DNA of 64,000 bases from an uncultured Chloroflexia bacterium (GTDB lineage Bacteria > Chloroflexota > Anaerolineae > Anaerolineales > UBA4823), in contig CAVORW010000007.1 of NCBI GenBank assembly GCA_963698715.1, forward strand, positions 69,190-133,189, written 5' to 3'. Each line of letters opens with the position of its first letter. The first letter of the stretch is position 1. This document shows positions 28,613 to 38,546 of the stretch, piece after piece. The notes beneath the pieces are model-generated. The model was not told where the DNA came from. It ran no database searches and saw only the letters and a list, made by a program, of their open reading frames with translations. Position numbers and translations under genes: made by a program.

Positions 28613-31600
28613 TTAACTGCCGTGATCGCTGTTTTTTTTGCGCTTGCGTTTTGCTGCCAACAGGTTTGCCGCAGTTGTGCGCTCGCGAGCTGCTGGTTCT
28701 TGCGTCTCTTCGTCCCCTTCAGAAGGTTGTTTGGCCTGTGACGCAGCGGAGCCTGGGCGTTCTGTAGGATAGTGAGTTGGCTCTTGCGCTTGCATTGACG
28801 CCGCATCCAGGCTGGCAGATTGTTCGTCCTGGCGTTCCGAATGCTGTCCGACCCGCTGTTTGGCACGCATAAATGCAGTCAGGCTGGCTGTTTGCTCTTG
28901 CTCTGCCCGGTTTCCTGCTCGAGCGGGCTCCCATATCTTCCAGTTTGCCAGGTTAATGAGAGCTCGCTTGAGATCTCCGGTTGTCAGCGCCAGGCGTCGG
29001 ATAGCGATATCAATGGGTAGTAAGAAAACCGCCAGCAGCAGAAACCACGACCAGGCTGGTGTTGCCGCTATCCCTGAAGGCAGATTGTGGGCGAAAATTT
29101 TACCAGAGACCTCGCCTGCGTCACTCCACCCGCCGGTCAGCTCTGCCAGACTCGCCAGTTCCTGGCTATCTTGCGTGTTCAGCTGCCGGTATTCGGTTGA
29201 ATAGGGGCGGACCCATCCGGCTGTTTCGGCAACTGTCAGGGGCTGATTTCCCTGTCCGGCTGTGGATCTGGCCTCCGTATTTTCTAAAGGCTGACCGGTA
29301 ATGCCAATTAAATAAGCGCCTTCCGTTTGGGCCGTGAACACACTTTCATACTGGCCGGGTGCAGTCTGGACCAGGTCTAGTCTCACGATTTGTCCATCGG
29401 GTGTGGCGACATTAGCTTGCAGCTGGTAACCATTTAAGAATATCCCGTCGTTCGTCCTGGCGTCGACGACCAGCCGGGTATCTCCAGCTTCTGGTTCAAC
29501 CCGTACAGTCAGCGCTGACCGGGTTGGGCTGGCTAAGATAAACTGAACGGTCTGGGTCCAGAAGCCGGGAAAACCCTGCCAGTTGATCCAATCACTGGCC
29601 CAACGGCCGCTGGCATCCGAGGTAAATGCGGCTGTCCGCCCGAGTCCGTACTGCCATACAGCCAGAATGGGGTCATTCAGATCGGAAACCAGCAGCGTTT
29701 GCGCCACAGGCCGGGGAGTTGTGCCAATATAACCCCTCAAAACCGGCAAAGCAGCCAATCCGGCAAGAATTGGGGAACTGCCTGTTTGAATAGGTGTAAA
29801 GGTTCTTTCTATAATATACGAGCGTACCGCCAGAGAAGTTTCTTCGGTGAAGATTCTGGGGATCGCGCCAGGATCTGCGGCAAAATGGTACCTTCCTCCG
29901 CCGAGCTCGGCCAGATTAGCCAGATAAGGAGCTGCATCACTGCCAATCCCGACCGTCGTCAGAGTAATCCCAAATGCCACGTTCATCCGTGTGACCAGCT
30001 CGGGGATGCCCGCTGGATTAGCGCCGCCGTCTGTCAGAAGGATAACATGTTTTACGGAAGCCGGATCAGCGGGGAGGGCGTCTGCCATGGCTTGTAAACC
30101 GGCCAGAATGTCCGTTCCGCCGCCATCACGCAGGCCGGCAATCCGGCTGATGACGCTCTCGGGATTGGATAAATCCGTGATCGGCACAACCCAGGAGGCA
30201 CTCTCGTCAAAGGCGATCACACCGGTCCGGTCGCTCGGGGTTAATAGCTCGATTGAACGGATGGCAGCTTCCTTGGCAAGCTCGAGTTTGGACACCCCGC
30301 CGCTGACCTCCCCCATACTCCCCGAATGATCGATCACGAATAATATCGTCAGGTTGGGTCGGCGCAGTTGGTCTTTCATTTGCATTTCAACCGGGAGTGC
30401 TTCTTCCAGTGGCGTTCGATAATAGCCGCCGACCCCAAAGCTGGTCGGGCCGCCAATCGCCAACAGACCCCCGCCCAGATCACGAACATAACTTTGAACA
30501 GCCTCCATCTGCCGCCCGGAAAGTTCACGGGCCGGGACATCAATCAGAATGACTCCATCGTAATTCGCCAGTTCTGCCAGATCATCTGGCAGCCCGGATG
30601 GGCGAGCGCTTGTGTACTGGTAGCCTGCCTCACTTAGGACCCGGATCAGCTGGGCGGCTTCATCCGGGCGGATGGTTGGGGAAGTACCACCTCGGAAAGG
30701 CAATCGTTCACCCGGTGTAGGGGCAATCACCAGCAAGCGTGGCGGTCCATCCACCAGTGAGTATGCTGAGCCCTGATTATTTTGGTAATAGCTGTCCCTC
30801 TGAGAATCGTATTCAATTCGATAACGAATAAATCGACCGCTGTTTGCCAGGGCTTGGTTGGCTTGTAGCGGTAGGCTGAAGGTCTGCTGGCCGCGTTCGA
30901 TCCGTTGGCTGCCTTGATGTATAAGCTGGCCATTGGCGAACACTCGCAACTGGCCTTCATCTGGCTGGCTGGCTTCCAGGGATACCTGCAGTTCGAATTG
31001 CTCGCCTTCCCTCAGTTGAGCTGGGGCTGAGATTTCCGTTAGCATGACTTCGGATTCATGCTCGTTGGTCAGTGGGATAGCTACAATTTGAACCCCGGCT
31101 GAAGCAGCTAATCGGGCCGCTGTGTCTGCATTTCCAACAGTTTGGACACCATCGGAAAGAAGGACGATTCTCCGGGCGGCATCTGGGGGCAGCAAAGCCA
31201 ATGCCAGGCGGATTGCACTTTCGAGGTTCGATTGATCGCGGTCAGGACTCGACCGGAGAACTCCCAGGTCTCGGCTGCTGGATAGCGGGCGCTCAACGAC
31301 GGGCTGCCTGCCGAAAACGATGATCCCAGCCTGGTCATCTGGACCCATTTCTAGCAGGGAAGCCTGAATGATAGCCTCAGCCCCAGATCTGGCCTGTGGG
31401 GGGATCGAATCTGATCCATCCAGCAAAAACCAGACCGCCAGTCGGTTGGATTGCCGCACAAGTTGAAAGCCTGCCAGGGCCAGGATCAGGCTGGCAGCAA
31501 TGATGAGGCGAAGACTGACGGAGAGAATCTCCCGGCGTCCAGCCGCCCCCCGCAACACCGGCCCCAGATAGACCAGGAGTGGGAGGGTAAAAAGCAGGAG

Positions 31601-31627
31601 CAGGGCAAGCGGATTACCGAAATGCAT
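28613..31627 (-). CDS. Membrane-anchored double-VWA protein with a GATase-like domain
   Basis: MIDAS motifs DGSDS and DHSGS, LLSDG and LLTDG, GGGLLAIGG, C-terminal TM helix. Start uncertain (31627 or 31645). Confidence 0.85.
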   Translation of the reverse strand: MHFGNPLALLLLFTLPLLVYLGPVLRGAAGRREILSVSLRLIIAASLILALAGFQLVRQSNRLAVWFLLDGSDSIPPQARSGAEAIIQASLLEMGPDDQAGIIVFGRQPVVERPLSSSRDLGVLRSSPDRDQSNLESAIRLALALLPPDAARRIVLLSDGVQTVGNADTAARLAASAGVQIVAIPLTNEHESEVMLTEISAPAQLREGEQFELQVSLEASQPDEGQLRVFANGQLIHQGSQRIERGQQTFSLPLQANQALANSGRFIRYRIEYDSQRDSYYQNNQGSAYSLVDGPPRLLVIAPTPGERLPFRGGTSPTIRPDEAAQLIRVLSEAGYQYTSARPSGLPDDLAELANYDGVILIDVPARELSGRQMEAVQSYVRDLGGGLLAIGGPTSFGVGGYYRTPLEEALPVEMQMKDQLRRPNLTILFVIDHSGSMGEVSGGVSKLELAKEAAIRSIELLTPSDRTGVIAFDESASWVVPITDLSNPESVISRIAGLRDGGGTDILAGLQAMADALPADPASVKHVILLTDGGANPAGIPELVTRMNVAFGITLTTVGIGSDAAPYLANLAELGGGRYHFAADPGAIPRIFTEETSLAVRSYIIERTFTPIQTGSSPILAGLAALPVLRGYIGTTPRPVAQTLLVSDLNDPILAVWQYGLGRTAAFTSDASGRWASDWINWQGFPGFWTQTVQFILASPTRSALTVRVEPEAGDTRLVVDARTNDGIFLNGYQLQANVATPDGQIVRLDLVQTAPGQYESVFTAQTEGAYLIGITGQPLENTEARSTAGQGNQPLTVAETAGWVRPYSTEYRQLNTQDSQELASLAELTGGWSDAGEVSGKIFAHNLPSGIAATPAWSWFLLLAVFLLPIDIAIRRLALTTGDLKRALINLANWKIWEPARAGNRAEQEQTASLTAFMRAKQRVGQHSERQDEQSASLDAASMQAQEPTHYPTERPGSAASQAKQPSEGDEETQEPAARERTTAANLLAAKRKRKKNSDHGS

Positions 31628-31718
31628 TATGCGCTGCCAAACCAATCACGAGTGGACCAACCCTTGGGTATCTTGCGATTTTCCGCGCACCACCTGCCAC
31701 AGAGCGTGTTGAAAAAGC

Positions 31719-32801
31719 TCATTTTCGCTTACGTCGGATGAGCCAGGCGGCAAACAGGGTCATTGCAATTGCCAGGGCGATGCCAGCTGTTCTGCGCCTA
31801 CGGGCTTGCTGGGGTGTGCTTGAAGCCATGCTGTATTCCAGCCATTCGAAAGTTTCCTGTAATCCCTCGGTGAGTGGACGTGGCTGCCAGCCTAATTCAG
31901 AACGGGCTTTGCTGCTTTCGGCTGTGTAGGTTGAGTCCAGCATAGCCATTGAGTCCCGATTGATCAGCCTGCGGAGAGGCAGCCAGCCAGCCAAACCGGT
32001 CAGTATCGGCCCAAATGGTTTCACAAAACGAGCGGGTAAGAAAAGAAGCGGGGCCGGACGCCCGGTCAACCCTGCCCAAAGATTGAGCGTTTCGCGCAAG
32101 TTTAAACTGGGGCCGGCCAGGATATATGATTCTCCTGGTCGTCCTTTTTCAGCCGCCAGCAGATGCCCGTCGGCAATATCTTCAACATGAGCCAGGGTGA
32201 TTGTGAATTCGGGCCCCGGTGCAACCAGCAGCAGTCCCTGATACCAGGCGGACATCATTACACGGACATAACCAGTGTCGCCTGGGCCAAACACAACCCC
32301 GGGCATGACGATGATTATCGGAGCGCCTTTGGCGATTAAGCGCTCTGCCTCTGTGTGCGCCATCCATTTGGTGAAATCATAAATGGTCTTGAAGTTTTCA
32401 CCGGCCGGCAAAGGCGTCTTTTCAGTCACCAGCACGCCTTTCGTATCCCCATAAACTGCAACACTGCTGGTGTAGACGATCTTTGGAATACCCAGTTCTA
32501 CTGCGATCTCGAGCACATTACGGGTTCCAGCAACATTAATGGCCTCGGCCTCAGCCAGATTGTCGCTCCCGAGCTTATACCAGCCAGCGATATGAAAGAC
32601 CACCTCGCAGTCTTGCATTCCGGTTCGCAGCGTTTCGCGCTCGGTGATATCGCCGAATACAATCTCAGCGCCAGCGGCTTGCAGCCGGGCAGCAGCCTGC
32701 TTTGAGCGCACAAGTGCGGTAACCTGGTCGCCACGCAGCAGCAGCTTACGGGCAACTCTCCCGCCGATAAAGCCGCTTGCGCCTGTGATAAATACTTTCA
32801 T
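31719..32801 (-). CDS. NAD-dependent epimerase/dehydratase (DFR/HpnA-like SDR) with a C-terminal TM tail
   Basis: ITGASGFIG, YTSS, YDFTK; C-terminal AGIALAIAMTLFAAWLIRRKRK. Confidence 0.85.
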   Translation of the reverse strand: MKVFITGASGFIGGRVARKLLLRGDQVTALVRSKQAAARLQAAGAEIVFGDITERETLRTGMQDCEVVFHIAGWYKLGSDNLAEAEAINVAGTRNVLEIAVELGIPKIVYTSSVAVYGDTKGVLVTEKTPLPAGENFKTIYDFTKWMAHTEAERLIAKGAPIIIVMPGVVFGPGDTGYVRVMMSAWYQGLLLVAPGPEFTITLAHVEDIADGHLLAAEKGRPGESYILAGPSLNLRETLNLWAGLTGRPAPLLFLPARFVKPFGPILTGLAGWLPLRRLINRDSMAMLDSTYTAESSKARSELGWQPRPLTEGLQETFEWLEYSMASSTPQQARRRRTAGIALAIAMTLFAAWLIRRKRK

Positions 32802-32920
32802 GGGTCTTTCTCCTTGTTCGCTGCTGCTTTGTTGCACGATGTAGATATTCGCACTCAGATTAAATCATGGAATTCCATGGATTGAGACAGCACTATCTGA
32901 GTTTTCCGTAGGCCAATCAC

Positions 32921-33685
32921 CTAGCCTTGTTGGCGCCAGTCTAGTTTTTTACCGACATACCAAATTACTAATCCACCCAGGATAGCCAAAATCAACAAGT
33001 CTATCCAGATCTTGGGGGTTACTGGGCCCAGCAGGCCTTGCTGCAAGGCTGAGGCTGCATAAGTTGCCGGGCTGAACCTGCCCATAGTGATCAAGATCTC
33101 TGGCAGCCGATCAGGCGGGATCAGCACTGGGCCCAACCCAAGCATCGTGAACGTCACCAGGGTGCTGATGGCACTGGCTTCTTCCAGATTGCGAGCGCTG
33201 GCCCCGATCAATGCGCCAATTCCGGCCAGAGGTAGGGCTGACAGCGGCACGACCAGGAAAAGAAACGGACTTGGATTTAAAGTGAGCCTCAAAAACCAGG
33301 AGCCAAATACCGCTGTCACAATCAGCGCCGGCAGGGAAAGCAGTAGAAATGCCAGGAGAGTGGCTGCAACCAGACTGTAACGGTGGATGGGAAGACTGGC
33401 AAAATAATTTATTGTACCCATGGCACGCATAAACGCGAAATTACCGCATACTTTCCCTTGATTTTCAAACATCAGGGCCAGCACGATATTGCCCACCAGG
33501 ATGTAGCGCAGACTCTCAGGGCCGCTATCCTTACCGAATGTGCCTAAGGCGATGATGCTTAATACTGGGGCAATCGTACCAATGATCACCATGCCGCGCC
33601 AGGTCCAGCGCCAGTTGGATAACTGCATTAGAACCAGATCCATGATCTGGATGGGAAATGGCTGTGGGTTAAGAGTCTTGTGCAT
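32921..33685 (-). CDS. ABC-2 exporter permease
   Basis: About six TM segments, P..LP..L...FSPATYA motif; overlaps the ATPase stop. Confidence 0.85.
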   Translation of the reverse strand: MHKTLNPQPFPIQIMDLVLMQLSNWRWTWRGMVIIGTIAPVLSIIALGTFGKDSGPESLRYILVGNIVLALMFENQGKVCGNFAFMRAMGTINYFASLPIHRYSLVAATLLAFLLLSLPALIVTAVFGSWFLRLTLNPSPFLFLVVPLSALPLAGIGALIGASARNLEEASAISTLVTFTMLGLGPVLIPPDRLPEILITMGRFSPATYAASALQQGLLGPVTPKIWIDLLILAILGGLVIWYVGKKLDWRQQG

Positions 33686-34601
33686 AATGCAGGTAAAGGT
33701 CTTCCAGAGTAGCTGAGTACAGGCGAAAATCGTCAATTTCATCCATATTCAATTTGTTCAGCACCATCCCGGAATCTTCCCGATCGATATATAACAGCCA
33801 CCGCCCGGGGTCTATGAGCTGGGGAGATAAGCCCCCAGGCAGACAGGGCTGCCGACCGGGCTGGAAAAAGAGTTCTAACCGCAGTTTCCGATCCAGCCTG
33901 GTTTTAAGTGCGCTTGGCCGTCCGAGTGCCACCAGCCGGCCTTGATGCATGATCCCCACTCGCTGAATGATCTTTTCAGCTTCAATTGCATCATGGGTGA
34001 TGAAAATGATCGTAACACCGGAATCGCGATTTAGCTGGCGTAAGTTCTCCCAGACCTGCCGCCGCCGCTGAGGATCAAGATCATTTGTGGGTTCGTCTAA
34101 AATGAGCACCGCTGGGTTGCCCGCCATGGCAACAGCCAGCTGCAGCAGTCGTTTTTGGCCCCCTGATAAAGTTTTGTTGGATTTTGAGGCCAGCTGTGTC
34201 AGCTGCCACGTTTCTAGCTGGTAATCTCGCTCTTGCCTGGCCTGTTTGGCATTGAGGCCGCGCAAGTGGGCGGTGAAATAGACGGCTTCCGCTACGGTCA
34301 GGTTGTTGAGAGCCAGCCCACCTTGCGGCATATAGCCGACATACCGGGTAACATACAGCGGATCAGCCTCTACTGGCTGACCGAAAAGTCGAATACTTCC
34401 TGATGTGCGGCGGATCAGGTTCGCCATTTGCAGAACCAGGGTGCTTTTTCCAGCCCCGTTATCACCCAGCAGACCAAAAATCTCGCCTGAATGGATTTGA
34501 AGATTGATATCTTGATTAGCCGGTTGGGTTTGGCCGGGGTAAATTTTAACCAGCTGCTCGATCTGATAGACGGGTGAGTTTTGCAATTGCATGTCAGTCA
34601 T
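33669..34601 (-). CDS. ABC-2 exporter ATP-binding protein
   Basis: GDNGAGKST, LSGGQKR, LDEPTNDLDP. Confidence 0.92.
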   Translation of the reverse strand: MTDMQLQNSPVYQIEQLVKIYPGQTQPANQDINLQIHSGEIFGLLGDNGAGKSTLVLQMANLIRRTSGSIRLFGQPVEADPLYVTRYVGYMPQGGLALNNLTVAEAVYFTAHLRGLNAKQARQERDYQLETWQLTQLASKSNKTLSGGQKRLLQLAVAMAGNPAVLILDEPTNDLDPQRRRQVWENLRQLNRDSGVTIIFITHDAIEAEKIIQRVGIMHQGRLVALGRPSALKTRLDRKLRLELFFQPGRQPCLPGGLSPQLIDPGRWLLYIDREDSGMVLNKLNMDEIDDFRLYSATLEDLYLHYAQDS

Positions 34602-36549
34602 GCGCACCTCTGGGTTTTAGTTTTAGACGCAGCGCTTGCAAAATGCGTACAAATCTTCCTCTCCAGTGAGCGGGTAATAACTGCCGGCGATGGTATACCC
34701 ACCATTCCAGCCACAAAACCAATAAGGCGATGGCAGCCAGCCAGGGCCAAAATTCGCGCTGCCCGGATTCCATTCCTTTATTTGCTGAAATCGGAGCCTG
34801 GGCGACAATAATATTTGTGGCTGGTGTCAGGTCCGATTCCTGGGGCGAGAACAGGTTGACAGCCAGAAACGCCTCCGTCTCAAGCTGCTTGGGATCTGCA
34901 AGTCTGTATAACCCGGTCTGGTCAGGTTGTAACAAAAATCGGCTGTCCTTGTCAGCCAGGAGTTCGATGGAACTTCCGGAAGGATCAGTTACCAAAAGTG
35001 TTCCAGATGAGGTTGAAGCCGGCAGGCTGACCTGCTGGCCCGGCTGCAAAGCGGGCAAATCCGCTAGATGAAAGCTGTCGCCAGGCTGCAAGTAATCGAT
35101 TAAGTTTGCCACCAGGATCGGAAAGGCGAGTTGAAGGGGTAAGTCCGAATCATGCAGGTCGAAAGTGATGGCTGCCAATCGCCGGCTCTGCTGTTCGCCA
35201 ATCACAACCAGCGGCCCTCCCGGTGCCTGGACCAAAACCTGGCCCCATGCAGGCAGTTGGATCTGGCGCGCCCTGAGAATATGCACATCTTGCCACTCAA
35301 TGAATTCCGTAAGTGCCGATTGTCGAATTTCGGCCGGAGCGGTGTCGGTAAATACTCCAGTTGAAGGCAGCAACGCGTTCGTCGGTGGATTCACCAGGAA
35401 CAAATTGCCCTCGGGGATTGGATCGGGCAGCCAGCCATCGAATACATACAGGTCGTAGGTCTCCGGCGGTAATTTAAAACTGCCATCTTCGGCGGGTGTG
35501 AGACGGAAAGCCTGAACTCCTTCGATCGAGGCCAGTACCTGTTCCAGGAAAAGATTGCCGGGTGAGACCAACAGGACTCGGCCCATGCTGAATGAATCGA
35601 TTACAGTAATGGCCTGGTTATCCAATGAAAGGTTGTCATTGAAGGCCTCTGCCAGGCTGCTGATGGGCTGCAGGCGTGCTTCATAGCGGCCGGCTCCCAG
35701 GGGCAAATTGCTTAAGATTAAACTTTGATCTTGTCCCCCTACCAGATCGATTTGCCGGGATTGGAGGATTTGGCTGTCTGCGTACAGAGTTAAAATAGCT
35801 TCCTGAGCTGAGGTGCCATAATTTTTCACTCGAGCGAAGAGCTGTACAGTCTCCTGATTTTGACGGGCAGCCAGGGCAGTGATCGCCAGGTTTTCCCCGC
35901 TCTGTCCAACCGGAAGAAAGAGGACTTCTCCTGGGAGAGCGGGCAGTCCTGTATCCGGCAGACCGCCATCGGAGACAATGACTGTAGCAACGGAGGCCTG
36001 CCCGGCTGAGCCAGCTGCGCCGGCTGCCAGAGTGAAGGCTGCCTGCCAATCGGCTGGCCCCTGCCCTGGGATAGCACGATTCAACACGGCTTGCAGCTCG
36101 CCGTGATCGCTCTGGGCGGCTGTTAAAGTGAAAGCCTCTGGTCCTGCAGATATGATGGTCATTTTGGCGTTTGCAGGCAGGTCCGTAATCAGTGATTGGA
36201 CGATCTGGCGGGCAGCTTCGAAGCGGGAAGGGGATACATCGTCTGCATACATCGAGGCAGATGCATCCAGTAAAACGATGACCGTATCAGCGGAAACTCC
36301 TGGCACGCTCTGGGCGGGACGAGCCAGGGCCAGGACAATGGCTGCCAGGATGATCAATTGTAGAATTAGAAGCAGGTTCCGCTGCAGTCGCTGCCAGGGA
36401 AGGTTTGCCTGGCGATCTTGCAGCAGTCTTTGCCACAGCATGGTCGAGGAGATTGTGACTGGTTTGCGGCGTACTTTTAACATATAAAGCAAAAGGATTG
36501 GTCCGGCCAGAAGCGCCAACCACAGGGCCGTGGGAGCCAGCAGGTTCAT
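34594..36549 (-). CDS. BatA/VWA domain membrane protein
   Basis: BatA N-terminus (LLYMLK.RR...SSTMLW...LALARP), DASASM, VSDG, C-terminal TM WLEWW. Confidence 0.87.
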   Translation of the reverse strand: MNLLAPTALWLALLAGPILLLYMLKVRRKPVTISSTMLWQRLLQDRQANLPWQRLQRNLLLILQLIILAAIVLALARPAQSVPGVSADTVIVLLDASASMYADDVSPSRFEAARQIVQSLITDLPANAKMTIISAGPEAFTLTAAQSDHGELQAVLNRAIPGQGPADWQAAFTLAAGAAGSAGQASVATVIVSDGGLPDTGLPALPGEVLFLPVGQSGENLAITALAARQNQETVQLFARVKNYGTSAQEAILTLYADSQILQSRQIDLVGGQDQSLILSNLPLGAGRYEARLQPISSLAEAFNDNLSLDNQAITVIDSFSMGRVLLVSPGNLFLEQVLASIEGVQAFRLTPAEDGSFKLPPETYDLYVFDGWLPDPIPEGNLFLVNPPTNALLPSTGVFTDTAPAEIRQSALTEFIEWQDVHILRARQIQLPAWGQVLVQAPGGPLVVIGEQQSRRLAAITFDLHDSDLPLQLAFPILVANLIDYLQPGDSFHLADLPALQPGQQVSLPASTSSGTLLVTDPSGSSIELLADKDSRFLLQPDQTGLYRLADPKQLETEAFLAVNLFSPQESDLTPATNIIVAQAPISANKGMESGQREFWPWLAAIALLVLWLEWWVYHRRQLLPAHWRGRFVRILQALRLKLKPRGAHD

Positions 36550-37427
36550 ATCACCAACCCTGCTTTCCAAAGTTCTGTCTGAAGCGCTTTATCCCAGGGT
36601 ATCTCAGTGGTAAGGTTTAGATAGCGGATGCCCCGCTGTGTGCTGTACGACCGGATCTCTGCCTGCCAGTCACGCACACGCCGCCGGTAAAGCTCCCGCA
36701 TACTGCCATCAATGGAGACCTCCTGGGTATGCCCGCTTTCCAGGTCCACCAGACGCAAATCGCCTGCCAACGGAGGATCGAGCTCTTCCGGCCCCAGCAA
36801 GTGCAGTATAGCGACTTCAAAGCCCCGGCTTTGTAAGTACGTGACGCCTTCCTGGTATCCGGATGGCGAAAATAAATCGGAGATCAAGATCGCCAGTCCC
36901 GGCCGCCGGGCGGTCATCAAATACTGCCGCAAGGAGCGGTTCAGATCCGTCTCTCCGCTTGTTTTTTGCCTTTCGATGAACTGAAACAGCGGCATGAGAC
37001 TGGCCTGGCCGCGTTTTGGGCCAAAAAAATTTCTCGCCTCCCCAATATGCATACCGGTCAGGTTCAATTGGTCACCGGACGATAAAGCAATCGCTCCCAG
37101 ACCTGCAGCCATTCTTTGGGCATACAGAAATTTATTCGCAGCTCCTGCCCCCCAATCCATGGACAAAGAACAATCCAACAGGATATGAACCGCCAGATCA
37201 TCCTCTTCTTCAAACAGCTTCAGGAAAGGCCGATCCAGGCGGGCATAGGCGTTCCAATCCAGGCGCCGCAGATCGTCACCGGGAGTATATTCCCGGTAAT
37301 CAGCAAACTCGATGCTGGTGCCGCGCCGGGATGACCGCCGGTCGCCCTTAAGTATGCCTGCCCGGACCTGGCTGGCAACCAGGGTCAGGCGGGTTAATTT
37401 GCGCAGCGTGACCTCGTCAAAAATCAT
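36546..37427 (-). CDS. DUF58 protein
   Basis: EFADYREYTPGDDLRRLDWN, LDCSLSM, ISDL. Confidence 0.92.
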   Translation of the reverse strand: MIFDEVTLRKLTRLTLVASQVRAGILKGDRRSSRRGTSIEFADYREYTPGDDLRRLDWNAYARLDRPFLKLFEEEDDLAVHILLDCSLSMDWGAGAANKFLYAQRMAAGLGAIALSSGDQLNLTGMHIGEARNFFGPKRGQASLMPLFQFIERQKTSGETDLNRSLRQYLMTARRPGLAILISDLFSPSGYQEGVTYLQSRGFEVAILHLLGPEELDPPLAGDLRLVDLESGHTQEVSIDGSMRELYRRRVRDWQAEIRSYSTQRGIRYLNLTTEIPWDKALQTELWKAGLVI

Positions 37428-37441
37428 GCCAGGGTCCTGTT

Positions 37442-38438
37442 TCAGGATAAGGATTTGGCCAATTCGGGCACCTGCTCGAGCAGGTTGGCCAGAATCTGGT
37501 CGGGTGAAATTTCATCCGCCAGTCCCTCAAAGTTCAGCAGCAGCCGATGCCGTAGAGCAGATGGAACAATGGCCCGCGCATCTTCGAATGCGACGTTGTA
37601 ACGCCCGTCCAGCAGCGCAGTGACCTTCGCCCCCAATATGATCGCCTGACCACCCCTCGGCGACGATCCATAACGCACATAGCGCTTCACCAGCTCTGGG
37701 GCAGACGGGTTGTTGGGATGGCTGGCGACTACCAGCCGGGCGACGTAGTCGCCAATATGGCTGGCAATTGGCACCAGGCGGGCCAGTTCGCGCATCTGGA
37801 TAATTTGGTCGCCAGATACTACTCGGTGTGCTTGCGCTCCTGGGGCCCCGGTAGTCCGTTCTAGAATTTGGGTGAGCTCGGAAGGAGATGGATAAGGAAC
37901 GTTGACCTTAAATATGAAATCGATCTAGCTGTGCCTCAGGCAGGGGATACGTACCTTCCATCTCTAATGGGTTTTGGGTGGCTAATACGAAGAAAGGTTC
38001 CTGCAGCTGGTAAGTGCGCTTGGCTACGGTGACAGAGTGCTCTTGCATGGCTTCGAGCATGGCAGACTGGGTTTTTGGTGTGGCCCGGTTGATTTCATCT
38101 GCCAGAACGAGATTCGCAAAAACGGGGCCGGGCTGAAAACGAAATTCCCGCTGCCCGTCCTGATCGATCAAAATTTCTGTCCCAACGATATCGGCCGGCA
38201 TCAAATCAGGTGTGAATTGAATCCGCGAAAACGTCAGATCAAGGACTTCGCCAAAGGTACGGATCAGTATGGTCTTACCCAGCCCCGGCACGCCTTCCAG
38301 TAAGGTATGCCCGCCGCAAAGAATACTGATCAAGACATGCCGGACGACATCCCGCTGGCCTACAATGACTTTAGCGACTTCTTGCTCAATCTGGCTGGCA
38401 AACTGTCGGAATACCTCTGGGTTGATTTCCTTGGTCAT
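37442..38438 (-). pseudogene. moxR: MoxR AAA+ ATPase with a +1 frameshift (probably a sequencing error)
   Basis: [46 protein letters not shown]. Removing one A from 37917-37919 restores ...[12 protein letters not shown]...GDQIIQMRELAR...LRHRL. Confidence 0.85.
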
Positions 38439-38546
38439 ATTTGCTCCTCAGTGGTTGGCAGATAATCGTAACGAAATTATGCTTTTTAAAAACCTTGATC
38501 TATGGAATGCAGGCTGAACTAGGTCTTTTGCTTTTGGATGGCACGC

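Noticed and set aside
37900..37925. Programmed ribosomal frameshift in moxR
   Set aside because: No slippery heptamer or stimulatory structure; the shared GANTC context with the second frameshift favours an artefact.
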